Shown one piece after another: positions 39,957-52,417 of a stretch of DNA of 64,000 nt; position 1 is the first letter of the stretch, and every line of letters starts with the position of its first letter. This DNA comes from Rhizophagus irregularis (taxonomy: Eukaryota). The stretch covers positions 4,030,001 to 4,094,000 of the forward strand of contig NC_089430.1 in assembly GCF_026210795.1 (NCBI RefSeq), written 5' to 3'. Under the pieces are notes generated by a model. It ran no database searches, was not told where the DNA came from, and worked only from the letters and a program-made list of their open reading frames with translations. The translations under genes were made by a program, and so were the position numbers.

Positions 39957-41221
39957 ATACTTATTTTAAAGGTCTTTGGCGAAAAGTATCGATCGTTAGA
40001 AATAATTTCCGTTCTGTATTTAAAGATCAGCAATTTATTGATTTAAATTTGTATTAATTATTTATTACTAGGAAACTTTTCGTGGCATTTAATATTAAAT
40101 TCAATATTTAAATTCAATTTATTTTTAATAAAAATTACAAATATGATATAAATATCGTACTAATATTATATATAGATTATTAAGTATATAAAACATATCA
40201 GAAATTACATTATACTTATATCGGAAGAAAATCTAGATAAATCGGGAAATATTTAGGGGTACCGATATTTCTCTCTATCCGCTGATATTCATAATAAAAT
40301 CGTCTGATGTGACAGAACCGAAATTTACATTAAAGATGCATGATTTGCGCCAAGAACCGGTCACAAATCGGGTGGATCGATCAGCTGCCATTCAGGTCAA
40401 AATCGAAAATGTATAATAGGGCTATCGGGTATATGAAATTTACCCGGTACCCTTCATTTATTTCCAGTGTATTACATAGTATAATTATGTTCAACTTTAT
40501 TTGATTTTACATAGCAGATAGTGTAAGATTTGTATTATTGCTTTTATGTAAATAAATTTATAAATTTTAATAAAATTGAATTTCATTTAGCCAAAATTAA
40601 AATAAAAAAAAAGAGATATAAATCTATTAGTTTTAATATGAAATTGTCAAACGTATACAATAAAAATATATATTACCAATATTTTACATATTTTACTACC
40701 TGATATATGTGTGTTAAATGTATGATATCTATAATATATATCACTGATATTTTACTACCCAATATGTGTGTGTTAAATGTATGATATCTATAAGATTTAT
40801 CACTGATATTTTACTACCCAATATGTGTGTGTTAAATGTATGATATCTATAAGATATGTTACTGATATTTGACTACCCGATATGTGTAAGATATGTATAT
40901 GATGTTTACATGATGTGTCACCAATTTTCTACATTTATACTACACATATCAGGTACCCGATATGTGTAGTATTGTTAAATATCATACACATATATTACAT
41001 ATATTATACACATATCAGGTACCCGATATGTACCCAATAGCACCAATTTTGACCAGTGATAATTAATTACGATTTTGTAATTTCAGATTTTGGATTTGCC
41101 AATTGAATTTCGGAAATAACTATACTTGTAAAACAAAAAAAAGTTTGTTCAAATTGAATCAATAGAATCCAAGATAATTATATAATACTAATTATTATGT
41201 ATAATATTTAATATTTAATAG

Positions 41222-41633
41222 TATGGTGGCTGTCACCTATAAACTACACTAATATTAAGTAACTTCAAATTTTTATAAATTGTAAATTGAATAGTAAAAA
41301 AAAAAAACTAAACTGATAAAATGATAGAGCAATATGTACTAAACATTTCTATCAGATTATTTTATAGAATTTAATAAGAATTTTAATTAATATTATGGGT
41401 TAAAGTTGGATAATTTTAATAAGTAGCAATAATAAAATATAAAATTTTGGACTAGTTTTCATGTAATTTTTATGGAAATCCACAAGAATTTGATGTAATA
41501 TAGCAAAAAAAATTTTGCCGCTCACGTAACAATTAATATTTTGACAAAATACTTTAAAAAATAAGTTACATAATATAAATAAATAAATTTCAAAATTTTG
41601 GACTATTGTTATTTATAAGTGACAGCTACCATA
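41222..41633. mobile_element. MITE
   Basis: TIR tatggt(g/a)gctgtcac(c/t)tataaa. Confidence 0.8.
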
Positions 41634-41885
41634 ATAATTTTTTAGCCAACCAGATTTCAATCAGATAGGAGTAGAGGTTAAAGCTACTAATTGAAAGAAA
41701 TCAGCTGATTTCTAGCATGCCCCTAATTGAATTTAGAATTTTACTTATAATTACAGCAGCTCAAAATAATTTAGGCAACATGTATAATTGCTATAATGAT
41801 AATTATTTATAACTAAACTAATAATAACTAATCTATGAATATAACTAATTTAAATATAAATAATTATAAAACTATTTCTATTTAT

Positions 41886-42253
41886 ACATTACGTGTGTAA
41901 ATACGAGTCATGTGATTATTGTCATTTTCTGGTGATCTGCATAAAAAAATTTCCTAATTTGGAATTCGTGTAATACAATTTCATTTTTACTGAGAAACAA
42001 ATTTTCCCTTTTTGATTGTGTAATGTTACTCTAATTTCCAAAATTGGAAATTATAGTAATTTTTAACTGGAATTATTGGAAGTATGAAATTTGGCCGAAA
42101 TTATGGTGTATGACATATAATATGTGACAAATAAGGTTTTTTCTACTGAAAAAATTTTAAGTCCCTAGAATAAATAGTAAAATTGGAAAACTATAGGGGT
42201 GTGACATGAGTGCCAAATTATAGTCATGTGATACGTGTTTTGCACACTAGTGT
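41886..42253. mobile_element. Tc1/mariner-like MITE (degenerate)
   Basis: Imperfect ~30-bp TIR flanked by TA. Confidence 0.6.
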
Positions 42254-42766
42254 ATATTAAGAAATTATCTAATTATAAATAGCTAAACTATAAATAAATG
42301 TAACTATAAATAGATATTGTGTAATAAGCATTACATCATATAGGTTATTTTATTCTTCTAATTATTTATCCTTCAGTTAATTATTTATTCATAATTATTT
42401 TATTTGGTATATTATTTATTTATATTACGTGATTATCCTAATATCTAAAGTTATAATAAGAATAATATATATGATACATCATTTATTATAAATCAAAAAT
42501 AAATATCATTCATAACTTATATAAATAATATACAATGAATTTCAGAATTTAAAGAAAATCTAGAAGATATACTTAACTTAAAAAGTATTTATAAATTTTT
42601 TAATTTAATTATATTAGCTTAAATTTTTTAATATCTATACAGTTAATAAATCAGATTTAAGTCTAAATCAGATTTTTTTACTAAAACCAAATCACATATA
42701 TTAAAATGGATTAATTTCACATTCACCTTAATCTGCAATACATTAAAATTATTAAAATTTTTAAAT

Positions 42767-45022
42767 TTACCCTGGTGAAATTCACCAGGTGATTTCATAT
42801 TACACAAACGTGTAATGCATATTTTGTTTTTTGCTTTCTTGTAGTATTGTTTTCAAAATGACCAGCTTTTACTGGAACTTTTTAAGGTAAGATTTTTTTT
42901 ATTTTCTTATTACTTCGCTAGTTTAATGTTCTTTTTCTCTTATGCTAACTTGTTAACTTGTTTTTCAGAAAACATCAATTTCAAATAACTTCAAGAAGTT
43001 AAGGTAAACTCATTTTTATTACTAGTATTTTTATTTTTCTACCATTCCCTTTACTTCCACTTTGTTTTTAATTATCCTTTTCATTTATCATTATCCCTTT
43101 CACTCAGTTCATATCAGTTTTCATCATTCTATATTGCTTCATATCACTTTTCATCATTCCATATCGCTTCATATCAGTTTTCATCACTTCATATTGCTCT
43201 ATATCATTTTTTATCACTCTATATTGCTTCATATCATTTTTCATCACTCCATATTGCTTCATATCATTCCATATCACTTTTCATCACTCCATATCACTTC
43301 ATATCAGTTTTTATCACTCCATATCGCTTCATATCGGTTTTCATTATTCCATATTGCTCCATATCACTTTTTATCACTCCATATCACTCCATATCACTTC
43401 ATATTGATTTTCATCACTCTATATCACTTCATATCGTTTTTATCACTCTATATCGCTTCATATCATTTTTATCACTCTATATTGCTTTATATCATTTTCA
43501 TCACTCCATATTGCTTCATATCGTTTCATATCAGTTTTTATCACTCCATATCGCTCCATATCATTTTTATCACTCTATATCACTTCATATCATTTTCATC
43601 ACTCCATATTGCTTCATATCATTTCGTATCAGTTTTCATTACTCCATATCGCTCCATATTATTTTTCATCACTCTATATCGCTTCATATCATTTTTCATC
43701 ACTCCATATCGCTTCATATCATTCCATATCAGTTTTCATCACTCCATATCGCTTCATATCAGTTTTCATCACTCCATATCGCTTCATATCAGTTATATCG
43801 CTTCATATAGTTTTTCATCACTCCATATCGCTTTATATTGTTCCATATCAGTTTTCATCATTCCATATCACTCCATATCGGGTTTCATCACTCCATATCA
43901 CTTTATATCAGTTTTCATCACTCCATATTGCTCTATATCACTTTTCATTACTCTATATCGCTCCATATCATTTTTCATCACTCTATATCGTTTCATATCA
44001 TTTTTCATCACTCCATATCGCTCCATATCATTTTTCATCATTCCATATCATTTTTTATCCTATGTTTACTAATTGGTCCCCAGTGATTTTTTTGATGATA
44101 TATTCATATCTGTAATTTTTCAGATGATATTTTCATGCTCACGTATTTTTATAGTTTATTTATACCTCTCCCACTCTCTCCCATCACTGGACGTTAGCTT
44201 ATGAGATAAAAGAGTTATTTCGCGTATCATAAATATGTGATTTTCAACGGGCCGCGCCGTAAAATCGATGATATTCATGACTTTCCCCGTGAAATAACTA
44301 TTACATATCATTTTTCATCACTCCATATCGCTCCATATCATTTTTCATCACTCTATATTGCTTCATATTGTTTTTCATCACTCCATATTGCTTCATATCG
44401 TTTCATATCAGTTTTCATCACTCCATATCACTCCATATCATTTTTATCATTCTATATCGCTTCATATCATTTTCATCACTCCATATTGCTTTATATCGTT
44501 TCATATCAGTTTTCATCACTCCATATCACTCCATATCGTTTTTATCACTCTATATCGCTTCATATCACTCTATATCGCTTCATATCGTTTCATATCAGTT
44601 TTTATCACTCCATTTCATTTTGCAACATTCCACTTTATTTTTCATCATCTCAATTCACTTTGTATTGTTTCATTTTGTTTTACATCATCCTATTTCTGTT
44701 TTCATCAACCTATTTCACTTTCATTTCATTTTTCATTATTATAAAGGATTATATATTATGCATTACTATAGGTTTTAAATTAATGAAAAATCTGGATTAA
44801 ATGGTTAGTGGATGGGTGTAATAGTTTAATTGAAGTTATATTAATTTAAAAAGAAACTTTTTGTTAATAAAACTTTAAAAATTTATGCTTAAATGGTCAA
44901 TAGAAAAAACTTCTTTTTACAATGTTTATTCAAATAAAAAAAATTTGATGCGATGAATTTTACTAAATTTTAATATAATAATAAATATCACATGATATGG
45001 TGAATTTCACCTCTGGTGAGCG
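42767..45022. mobile_element. TTAA-flanked (piggyBac-like) non-autonomous element with internal satellite
   Basis: Inverted ggtgaaattcacca near both ends; ttaa on both sides. Confidence 0.55.
43090..44620. repeat. Degenerate minisatellite (tcatcactccatatcgcttcatatcagttt and variants), two blocks
   Basis: Seen directly; explains the overlapping H/I/F/S-rich ORFs in all three frames. Confidence 0.92.
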
Positions 45023-45043
45023 TTAAAATAATCCTATTAAAAT

Positions 45044-45287
45044 TAAGGTTGCTTGTCTAAACCTCTTCAAAATCCTACGATTAGTTTCGTCAAAATTTTA
45101 CTATAGATTTATTATAGTTTCGGCAGAGTTTTGGCAGTTTCGGCATTTATAATAAGTTTCGGCAGTTTCGCCTTTCTCCAAAGTTTCGCCAGTTTTTTAA
45201 TATAACTTTAATATAGTTTCGGCAGAATTTCGCTTTTCGGCAAAACGCCATCTTGCCTAAACCCCTAGGTTTCGGCAAGCAACCTTA
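45044..45287. mobile_element. 244-bp hAT-type MITE (copy of 175-418)
   Basis: Same TIR; 8-bp TSD attaaaat. Confidence 0.92.
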
Positions 45288-45698
45288 ATTAAAATAATTT
45301 TAATATATTGGAATTTGCTAGTAAAAGCTTGATATTTACTATAATAGAACTGCTAAGACTTTAAAGATTACTAAAAAAAAATTAAAATGTAATATCTCAG
45401 TTAATATTGCACTTAAAAAAATAAATTACATTAAAATATTTATTTTATTAAAATGAATTTAATAAGCTAAAGATTATTAAAATCCAATTATAAATTTTTG
45501 AGATAATAAAATTTGAAGTTAAAATCTATATATAACTTTATATAATTGAAATTAATTATAAAGTTTATACAAATTTAGATCTGAATTTTTTCAGTAATTT
45601 TCAGAATTTTATCCGTTTACTTATAAGGAGTATGCTAAAAATCAGTTGATTTGAAAGAGAATGGAAGGAGTTAAGCTTCAAATCAGTTCTATATATAT

Positions 45699-45855
45699 AG
45701 GTGCTTTGCAGTAGAAAAAAATGAAATTATTAAAAAAAATAAAAAATAAGTTAATATAAAATCTGAACAAATTATAGTATTTAGAATATTTTTGGCATAT
45801 AAAAGAAAATTTGAATTTTTTCAGTAATTTTATCCTTTTCTACTGCAAAGCACCC
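45699..45855. mobile_element. MITE with 4-bp TSD (Sola-like?)
   Basis: TIR (a/g)ggtgctttgcagtagaaaa; TSD atat. Confidence 0.8.
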
Positions 45856-45950
45856 ATATATATCATATGACATTTATATATCTAATTTTTTTTTTAATCA
45901 CAGTACATTTACTAGTTTATTAAGTATTAAAAATATAGAAATACATAAAT

Positions 45951-46105
45951 GGGGTCTTTGCAATAGAAAAGTATGAAACTCAAAAAATATCAAAAATTGA
46001 ATTAATATTAAATTTGCATTTATTTCAGTAAAAAAAACATAATTAGCATATAAAGTAAAATTAAAATTTTTTTTGAGTTTCGTACCTTTCTAATGCAAAG
46101 ACCCC
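45951..46105. mobile_element. MITE with 4-bp TSD, related to 45699
   Basis: TIR ggggtctttgca(a/t)tagaaa; TSD aaat. Confidence 0.85.
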
Positions 46106-46194
46106 AAATGTAAAAAAAAACTATATATCAAAAACCTAATATTATTAATTAATGAACTATTCATTATATTATAAAAATATCCACATATATACAT

Positions 46195-46646
46195 AAGTCA
46201 AAAAATGAAAAAATCAGGTATCAACCAGTTACTAATCAGTTACCAATCAGGTAGCTGTTTGGTAACTGATTGGTGACTGATTGGCATTTTTACCAAATAT
46301 TATCACCAATCAGGCAGTTTGCTAACTTTTGACCCAGTGATCAAAAAAAATGAAATATAGCTCGTTAGAATTGTCTTAACAAGACGAATCTAATGGTAGT
46401 AAAATTGCATTTTTAGGATTAATAGTTAATAAAAAATTAAATAAAATATAAATGATATATTTTTATTTTTATATTTTACTTAATCTATTAATCCATTTTA
46501 ACTACTACCATTAGATTCAGCTTGTTGAGATGATTCCAATAAGCTATTTTTTATCCTTTTCTGATTACTAAGTTAAAAGTTAACAAACTGCCTGATTGAT
46601 GACTGATTGGTGACTAATTGATGCCTAATTTTTCACTTTTTGATCT
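46195..46646. mobile_element. Foldback MITE (empty, older copy of 50886-56196)
   Basis: Long inverted arms with accaatcag repeats. Confidence 0.8.
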
Positions 46647-47269
46647 TTAATACTGTCAGATGAAAATTACATCCAAAAAGTAAAACATATATAAAATGAT
46701 CTTTCTTAGTAAAAGCCTCTTTTTCTACATGATAGGATCTATAGAACCTACTGCACCATTACTGCTGTACTATAGATAAAAAAATAATTTTCTCTGCAAA
46801 GTAAAGTAAATTAATATCAACAAAAAACGCCTTTATTAAATTCACCACAGATTCAAATTCAGATAAATTTTGAAAAGAAGTTCACATCTTTATAAAATTT
46901 AGTAGAATCAATAATAAAAAAACTGGATTGGATACACTTTAAACTTTAATTACTTTCTTCAAATCTGTCAATGTATTAGAATTGATGAATTTATATTTAT
47001 GTAAATCCTTAAAATATAAATAGGAAAAAAGGCTGACCATCAGATAAAGTAAAGAAATATGGCAAGTATTCTCTATTTTCATTATTCTAAAATACCCATT
47101 AAATTAATAAATAGCTTTATAATCCATAAAAAAGAAAAAAATAATAAAAGAAAAACTAAAATAAAATTAAAAAATCACACTAATTTATAAAGAAATATTT
47201 CAAAGAGATATTTATCCTAATCCTTGAATTTTCTCAGAGTGTAGAAGTAACTGTAAATGAGATCTAGAC

Positions 47270-47494
47270 AGAACCTCACCTACTACTAAGATATGTTACC
47301 AGTAGAAATTTTACTTTCATATGAAACCTTACCTTGAAATTTGCTTAAATTCTATTGGTTAATTGACTAAAAAGGAAAAAAATCATAACAATGTAACATA
47401 AAATTTCCTTTTATAGTAGGATCTTCAAAGAGTTTTATATGTAAACCTTACCTTAGGCCATAGGGTGACCTATCTTAATAGCAGGTGAGGTCCT
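47270..47494. mobile_element. MITE, AGGA-terminus family
   Basis: Homologous to 4860-5085; 8-bp TSD atctagac. Confidence 0.88.
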
Positions 47495-47655
47495 ATCTAG
47501 ACGCTGAATTAGGTGTTATTTAAAGAAAAACTATTGAAGGTTATTTCTATAAGCTGAATAAAATAAAAGTTATGTTAAAAGTCATGTGATCTGGTAAATA
47601 TCTAAAAAGTTTTTTCTGTTCTGGTATTTCATTATTTCAAAGTGAAAGTTATCTT

Positions 47656-47919
47656 TAGTGTTCTGCATGAATCAAATTTTTCCTCTAAAATTTGATTCAA
47701 TTCGACTCAATTTGATTTCCAAAAATTAATATCTTAGGATCTAGTGATCTAATTTTAATGATCTTTTTTTAATCGATAGGTCTCATTGTCCTGATCAAAA
47801 TATAAAAAAGATCATTGAAATTGGACTGCTAGATCAAAAGTTATTCACAAAATACATTTTTATTATTCAGAAGCAATCAGGGTCACACCATATTACGAAT
47901 TGATTCATGCGGAATACTA
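47656..47919. mobile_element. hAT-type MITE
   Basis: TIR tagtgttctgcatgaatc/gattcatgcggaatacta; TSD gttatctt/gttatatt. Confidence 0.82.
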
Positions 47920-49065
47920 GTTATATTTCATATCCATTATAATTTGTTGTAATACTGGTAGATTTTTGAAAGTGTTGAGAAATACATCCAGTTTCAGATA
48001 TGTTATATCCTAAAATCATTTAAAAGGTTTTTTAATTAAAAGTTGTGTAATCTGACAAATAGGAAAAACCAGTTTAAGTGTGTAAATAATATTTTTTATA
48101 GGAAAGAATGTAAAAGAGTTATATTCAAAATATTTCAGTAAGCTAATAAAAGTTTTCTTCTAAAGATATTTCTTGTAAAGGTATTTTGTATATTATGGAA
48201 TCATCTTGTATTTCTTAATAGCATCTTCTAGTATCATGAAAAACAAAGGCCTGTTGGTACTTAAGTTGTTGTTATATAAAAAAAAATGAAATCTTCAGTA
48301 ATAGTTGACTCATTGAAGTGAATTCTTTTCATTTATAATATTATTTTCTGCTTAAAAATGTCATTTAAGTCATTTTTTACATCTTGCAAATACAGTCAAC
48401 TCTCTTTATAGTCACACATTTAAAACAGTCCATACTATTTGGTGATTATAAAGAGATGTGACTATATAAAAAATTTTTTATATTATAATTAATCCAAAAA
48501 TTAACATAATTTTGGCCAAAATTATACTTAAAACTTTATTGTATCATAACTTTACTAATATTAATTATAGAAAGGTAATCTTACTGCCATTTTATTCTTT
48601 TTGATGAAACAATTCTAATGATGTAAAATACATCAAAATCCAATTACTAGATTAATTTTGAAATTAAAAAATATTAATAGTTTTTATGTAATAACTCTGC
48701 CAATATTGATTCTAGAGAGACGATTTTACTACCATTTGATTCGTCTTGATAAGACGAATCAAATGGTATAAAATGCATCAAAATCCAATCACTAATTCAA
48801 TTTCTGAAATTAAAAAATATTAAATAGTTTTTGAGTAGTAACTCTATCAATATTGATCACAAAGAGATGAGCTTACCATCATTTGATTCATTTTGATAAA
48901 GGAATTCTAATAAGCTATTAATTGTCTTTTTATAATCACTAGGTACTGAGCAATTTAGCAAAATGTTAAATGGCGCAGTAAATGTAAATCAAGAAATTAT
49001 ATAATGCCAATTTTTAACATTTTGTTAAATAACTAATCAGCCAGTAATCATAAAAGAATAAAATT

Positions 49066-50067
49066 GGGTTGATCACCTTTTCTCAGTGGTAAGTAACCGA
49101 GACCCTCATTAAGCCTGAGTATGGTGAGGTCGCAGGTTTAATTCCACTGATTACAAAATTAAACGAATTTTACTGCAGACGCTACAACCAATAGCGTGAA
49201 GATATAGGGATTAGCGTAGTTGGACTGCATCATAGTGAATTAGTGTGTACAGTTAGGCCGCACATTTCAACTAAGGGTCATGATGTCCTTCTAACGTTCC
49301 CTATGAGGCCATTGGCATGTCCGCAGTCCTGTTCTTGAGGTCACTACTATACTTTGGAGGGACTTCCTGTCCAGGTGGTCACTCCACGATACCGCTTGGG
49401 GTCAGTAATGGCTAGATGGTTATCCTAGATGGTAAAGCTGAGGGTGCAATGTCTTAGTGGTAGTTAGACCTTCTGTTAGGTCTTAGACCAACTAAGGTGT
49501 TCATGCACAGAACAGGTAGCATGATTATGGGGTTCAATTCCCTACTCTTTGGGTCGTTGGTGATCCCTGGTGGTTGATACCCACTATAAAGGGTGATCCT
49601 GGACAGATGCCTGCTACTTCCTGTCTGGATGGTCCCTCATGTATCCCACAAAGTATACCGGCAAAAGGGTACCAGGGGTAAACAACTGTACTATCAGTGC
49701 TAGGTAATCGCGGGCTGTAGTGGCCTTTGAGTGAGACCTCGTACCTAAAATGGTGGTATGGAAGGGTACTAGATGGTTGATGCTACCTGTCGAAAGTCCT
49801 CCATGAAAATAGGTGCTCTCTAAAGGTCGTAAAATAAATTGAGTACCAGTATCATGCAATGGGTTTAAGGACGAGTAGACGGTATATTCCTAGCTTCAGA
49901 TCAGCCTTAAATGTGGCCTGATGGGGAATGTCCTCATATATGATGCTGTCTGTTTGAGGAACAATAAGTACTCAGTGGTATGGTTACCCCTTGGGGATGA
50001 TAGGATACTAGTCTGATGATGCTTCATAAGAAGTAGAGGGAGACTTGGCCGTAAAAACTTTAGCAAA
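49066..50067 (+). mobile_element. ~1-kb SINE-like structured non-coding insertion with tRNA-like modules
   Basis: 16-bp TSD ataaaagaataaaatt; GC far above background; A/B-box-like motifs; nested long-range complementarity. Confidence 0.75.
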
Positions 50068-52417
50068 ATAAAAGAATAAAATTACTACTATTCAATTTGT
50101 CTCAGCAAAACAATTCTAATAAGCTATAGTACATTTTTGTACAATTATTAGATGTCAAGTTAGTTAATATATTCTTTATATAATTATGATTATAAACAGT
50201 TCTTTTTAATATAAGATTTTGATGATAAGTGTGATAGTAACTATAGATAGATTGTGACTATATAAGATAGATTTTAATAATAAAGTGTTTTGAACATTCA
50301 ACTGGTGTGACACTGGTATGACTATATACAGTGTTGTCATGGGATACAAATACGGACATAGGACAGCTAGAACCGGACAGTCCCTGTCCATATCCTGCAC
50401 TTTTTATGTTCCTGACATATCACGGATATTATATATAAATCACATGATTATTTTATTTTACGATTTAAATAAAAGTTTATGTTTAGAACAATGATTATTG
50501 ATTAATAATTAGTATATTTATGTTTAAATATAAAATCCATTTATTATTTTGCAGAATTAACATCAGAGATACAGCAAATTTACATCAATTATTAAGTTTA
50601 CATCTATATTATTAAAGAGTGTTAACAAATCCCATTTAGTACTAGTATCATTAGCGGGATGAGTAACATTACCTATTTGTGTATTACTTTGTTCTTCAGT
50701 TTCTTCATCAAGCTCAACATTTTTTTCTTTCTCTAGCATTTCAGCCCAACCTTGAAGATATTCACTAAAATCATTTTCTAGCCAGGGTTTAATGATTTAA
50801 TCATCTAAATCATCTTCTATTGGTTCAGAATTAGTTTCTAAATTAGCAGCTGAACTATTATCTCTAACATTTTCCAACACAAGATAGGTCGAAAAGTGAA
50901 AAATTAGGCACCAATCGGTCACCAATCAGGTAGCTGATTGGTGACTAATTGGTAACCGATTAGTGCCTGATTGGCATTTTCACCAAATACCGTCACCAAT
51001 CAGGCAGTTTGCTAACTTTTGATCCAGTGATCAGAAAAGGATGAAATATAGCTCATTGGAATCATCTCAACATGATTAATCTAATGGTAGTAAAATCGCA
51101 TTTCTAGGATTAATACATAATGAGAAATTAAGTAAAATATAAACACTAGTCGAATGATGTTAAATCGGGAACCAATCAGGTGACCGAATTCCACCCGATT
51201 GGTCCCTATTTTTTTAAAAATTTTCATCAATTGGTAAACCCGATTGCTGCCAAAAGATGGCGCAAAAGGAGGATACTTGGGTACCAATCGGGATATTCAA
51301 TAAAGTACAATCGGGTATTAATAGTTATCAATAGGATATTTACTGAATATTTACTATTTGACATATCAGTATACCAATTGATAACTTTTTGATTAAATGT
51401 CAATATACTGATTGATTACTTTTTAATTAATTTATAACAACGCATTTTTATTTAAAATTATTTGAAATTTACATTAAAATTACAAAAACCAGAAATACTA
51501 ATTACTAAATTATTTAAATTATTTAATAATTCCATATATATTTACTAATATTATCATTGAATTCTTATACTTTCAAAACTTTACCAATTCAAATCCAAGT
51601 CAGGATCAGAACCGATAGACCTACAAAATGAAGAAAAAATTAAATATTTTTTAAATATTAAAAGTGTTTCGAAATGAAACTTTTCAAAACTTACTATTAC
51701 CGATCTAAGCTGATGGTAACTTAAAAAATAAAGAATATTTTTAAAAAAGGTTCGAAATGAAAGTTTTCAAAACTTACTGTTATCGATCCAAATCCAAGTT
51801 CAAAGATCGGTGCCAATAGTTCCTACAAAACAAAGAAAAAAAATTTAAATATTTTTTTAAATATTAAATAAAAGTAAAAAAGGTTCAAAACGAAAGTTTT
51901 CAAAACTTACCATTACCGATCCAAATCTAAGTCCAAAGATCAGAGTCGATGGACCTAAAACAAAGGAAATAAAATTAAATACAATATTTTTTTTCAAAAA
52001 AAATATTAAAAATTTCGAAAGCTAAGCTAAACTTTCAAAACTTACCGATCCCATATCGAAGTCTGGGATCGTTCCTAAAAAAAATTTGAAAATGGAACAT
52101 TAGTAAAGTTCACTAATGTTCCTAATTTAAAAAAATTTCCCCCTCCCCTCTTTATTTACCTTCTGAGACGTTTCGTCAGTTCTGAAGCGTCTTGAGGATC
52201 CTACAATAAAAAAAAAATGGAACGTTAGTAAATGACACTAACGTCCATAATTTAAAAAAAATCCCCACTTCCCTTCTTTAATTACCTTCTGAGGCGTTCC
52301 GTTAGTTCTGTGTCTGGAAGGTTAATAAAAAAAATCATTTTTTTTTTTATTTTTTTTATAAAAAAAAAGATCATGTCTGATAATCTGTTATTCAGACTTA
52401 TCAGATCATGTGATCTA

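Larger units (their letters stand above)
33806..40469. mobile_element. CACTA/EnSpm (CMC) transposon, autonomous-type, 6.66 kb
   Basis: cactgg...ccagtg termini; 3-bp TSD tat; two divergent genes. Confidence 0.92.
30253..41058. mobile_element. Main body of large CACTG element B, containing a nested autonomous-type element
   Basis: Right end (reverse complement cactggtcaaaattggtgctattgggtacatatcgggtacc) matches the 4386 end (cactggtcaaaatctatgctatcgggtatatatcaggcacc); TSDs do not match, so the pairing is uncertain. Confidence 0.55.

Noticed and set aside
43062..44800. Long ORFs (up to 336 aa) in all three plus frames
   Set aside because: They arise from a stop-poor minisatellite; low complexity and no domain
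46650..48390. Possible decayed coding sequence between MITEs
   Set aside because: No continuous frame or motif I can recognise
49066..49550. Functional tRNA genes
   Set aside because: Only partial cloverleaf features with oversized or mismatched arms; treated as tRNA-derived modules
50010..50050. Hammerhead-like ctgatga followed by stem tgcttc-ataa-gaagta
   Set aside because: Followed by gagg rather than the required GAAA, and I could not build stems I and III; at best degenerate
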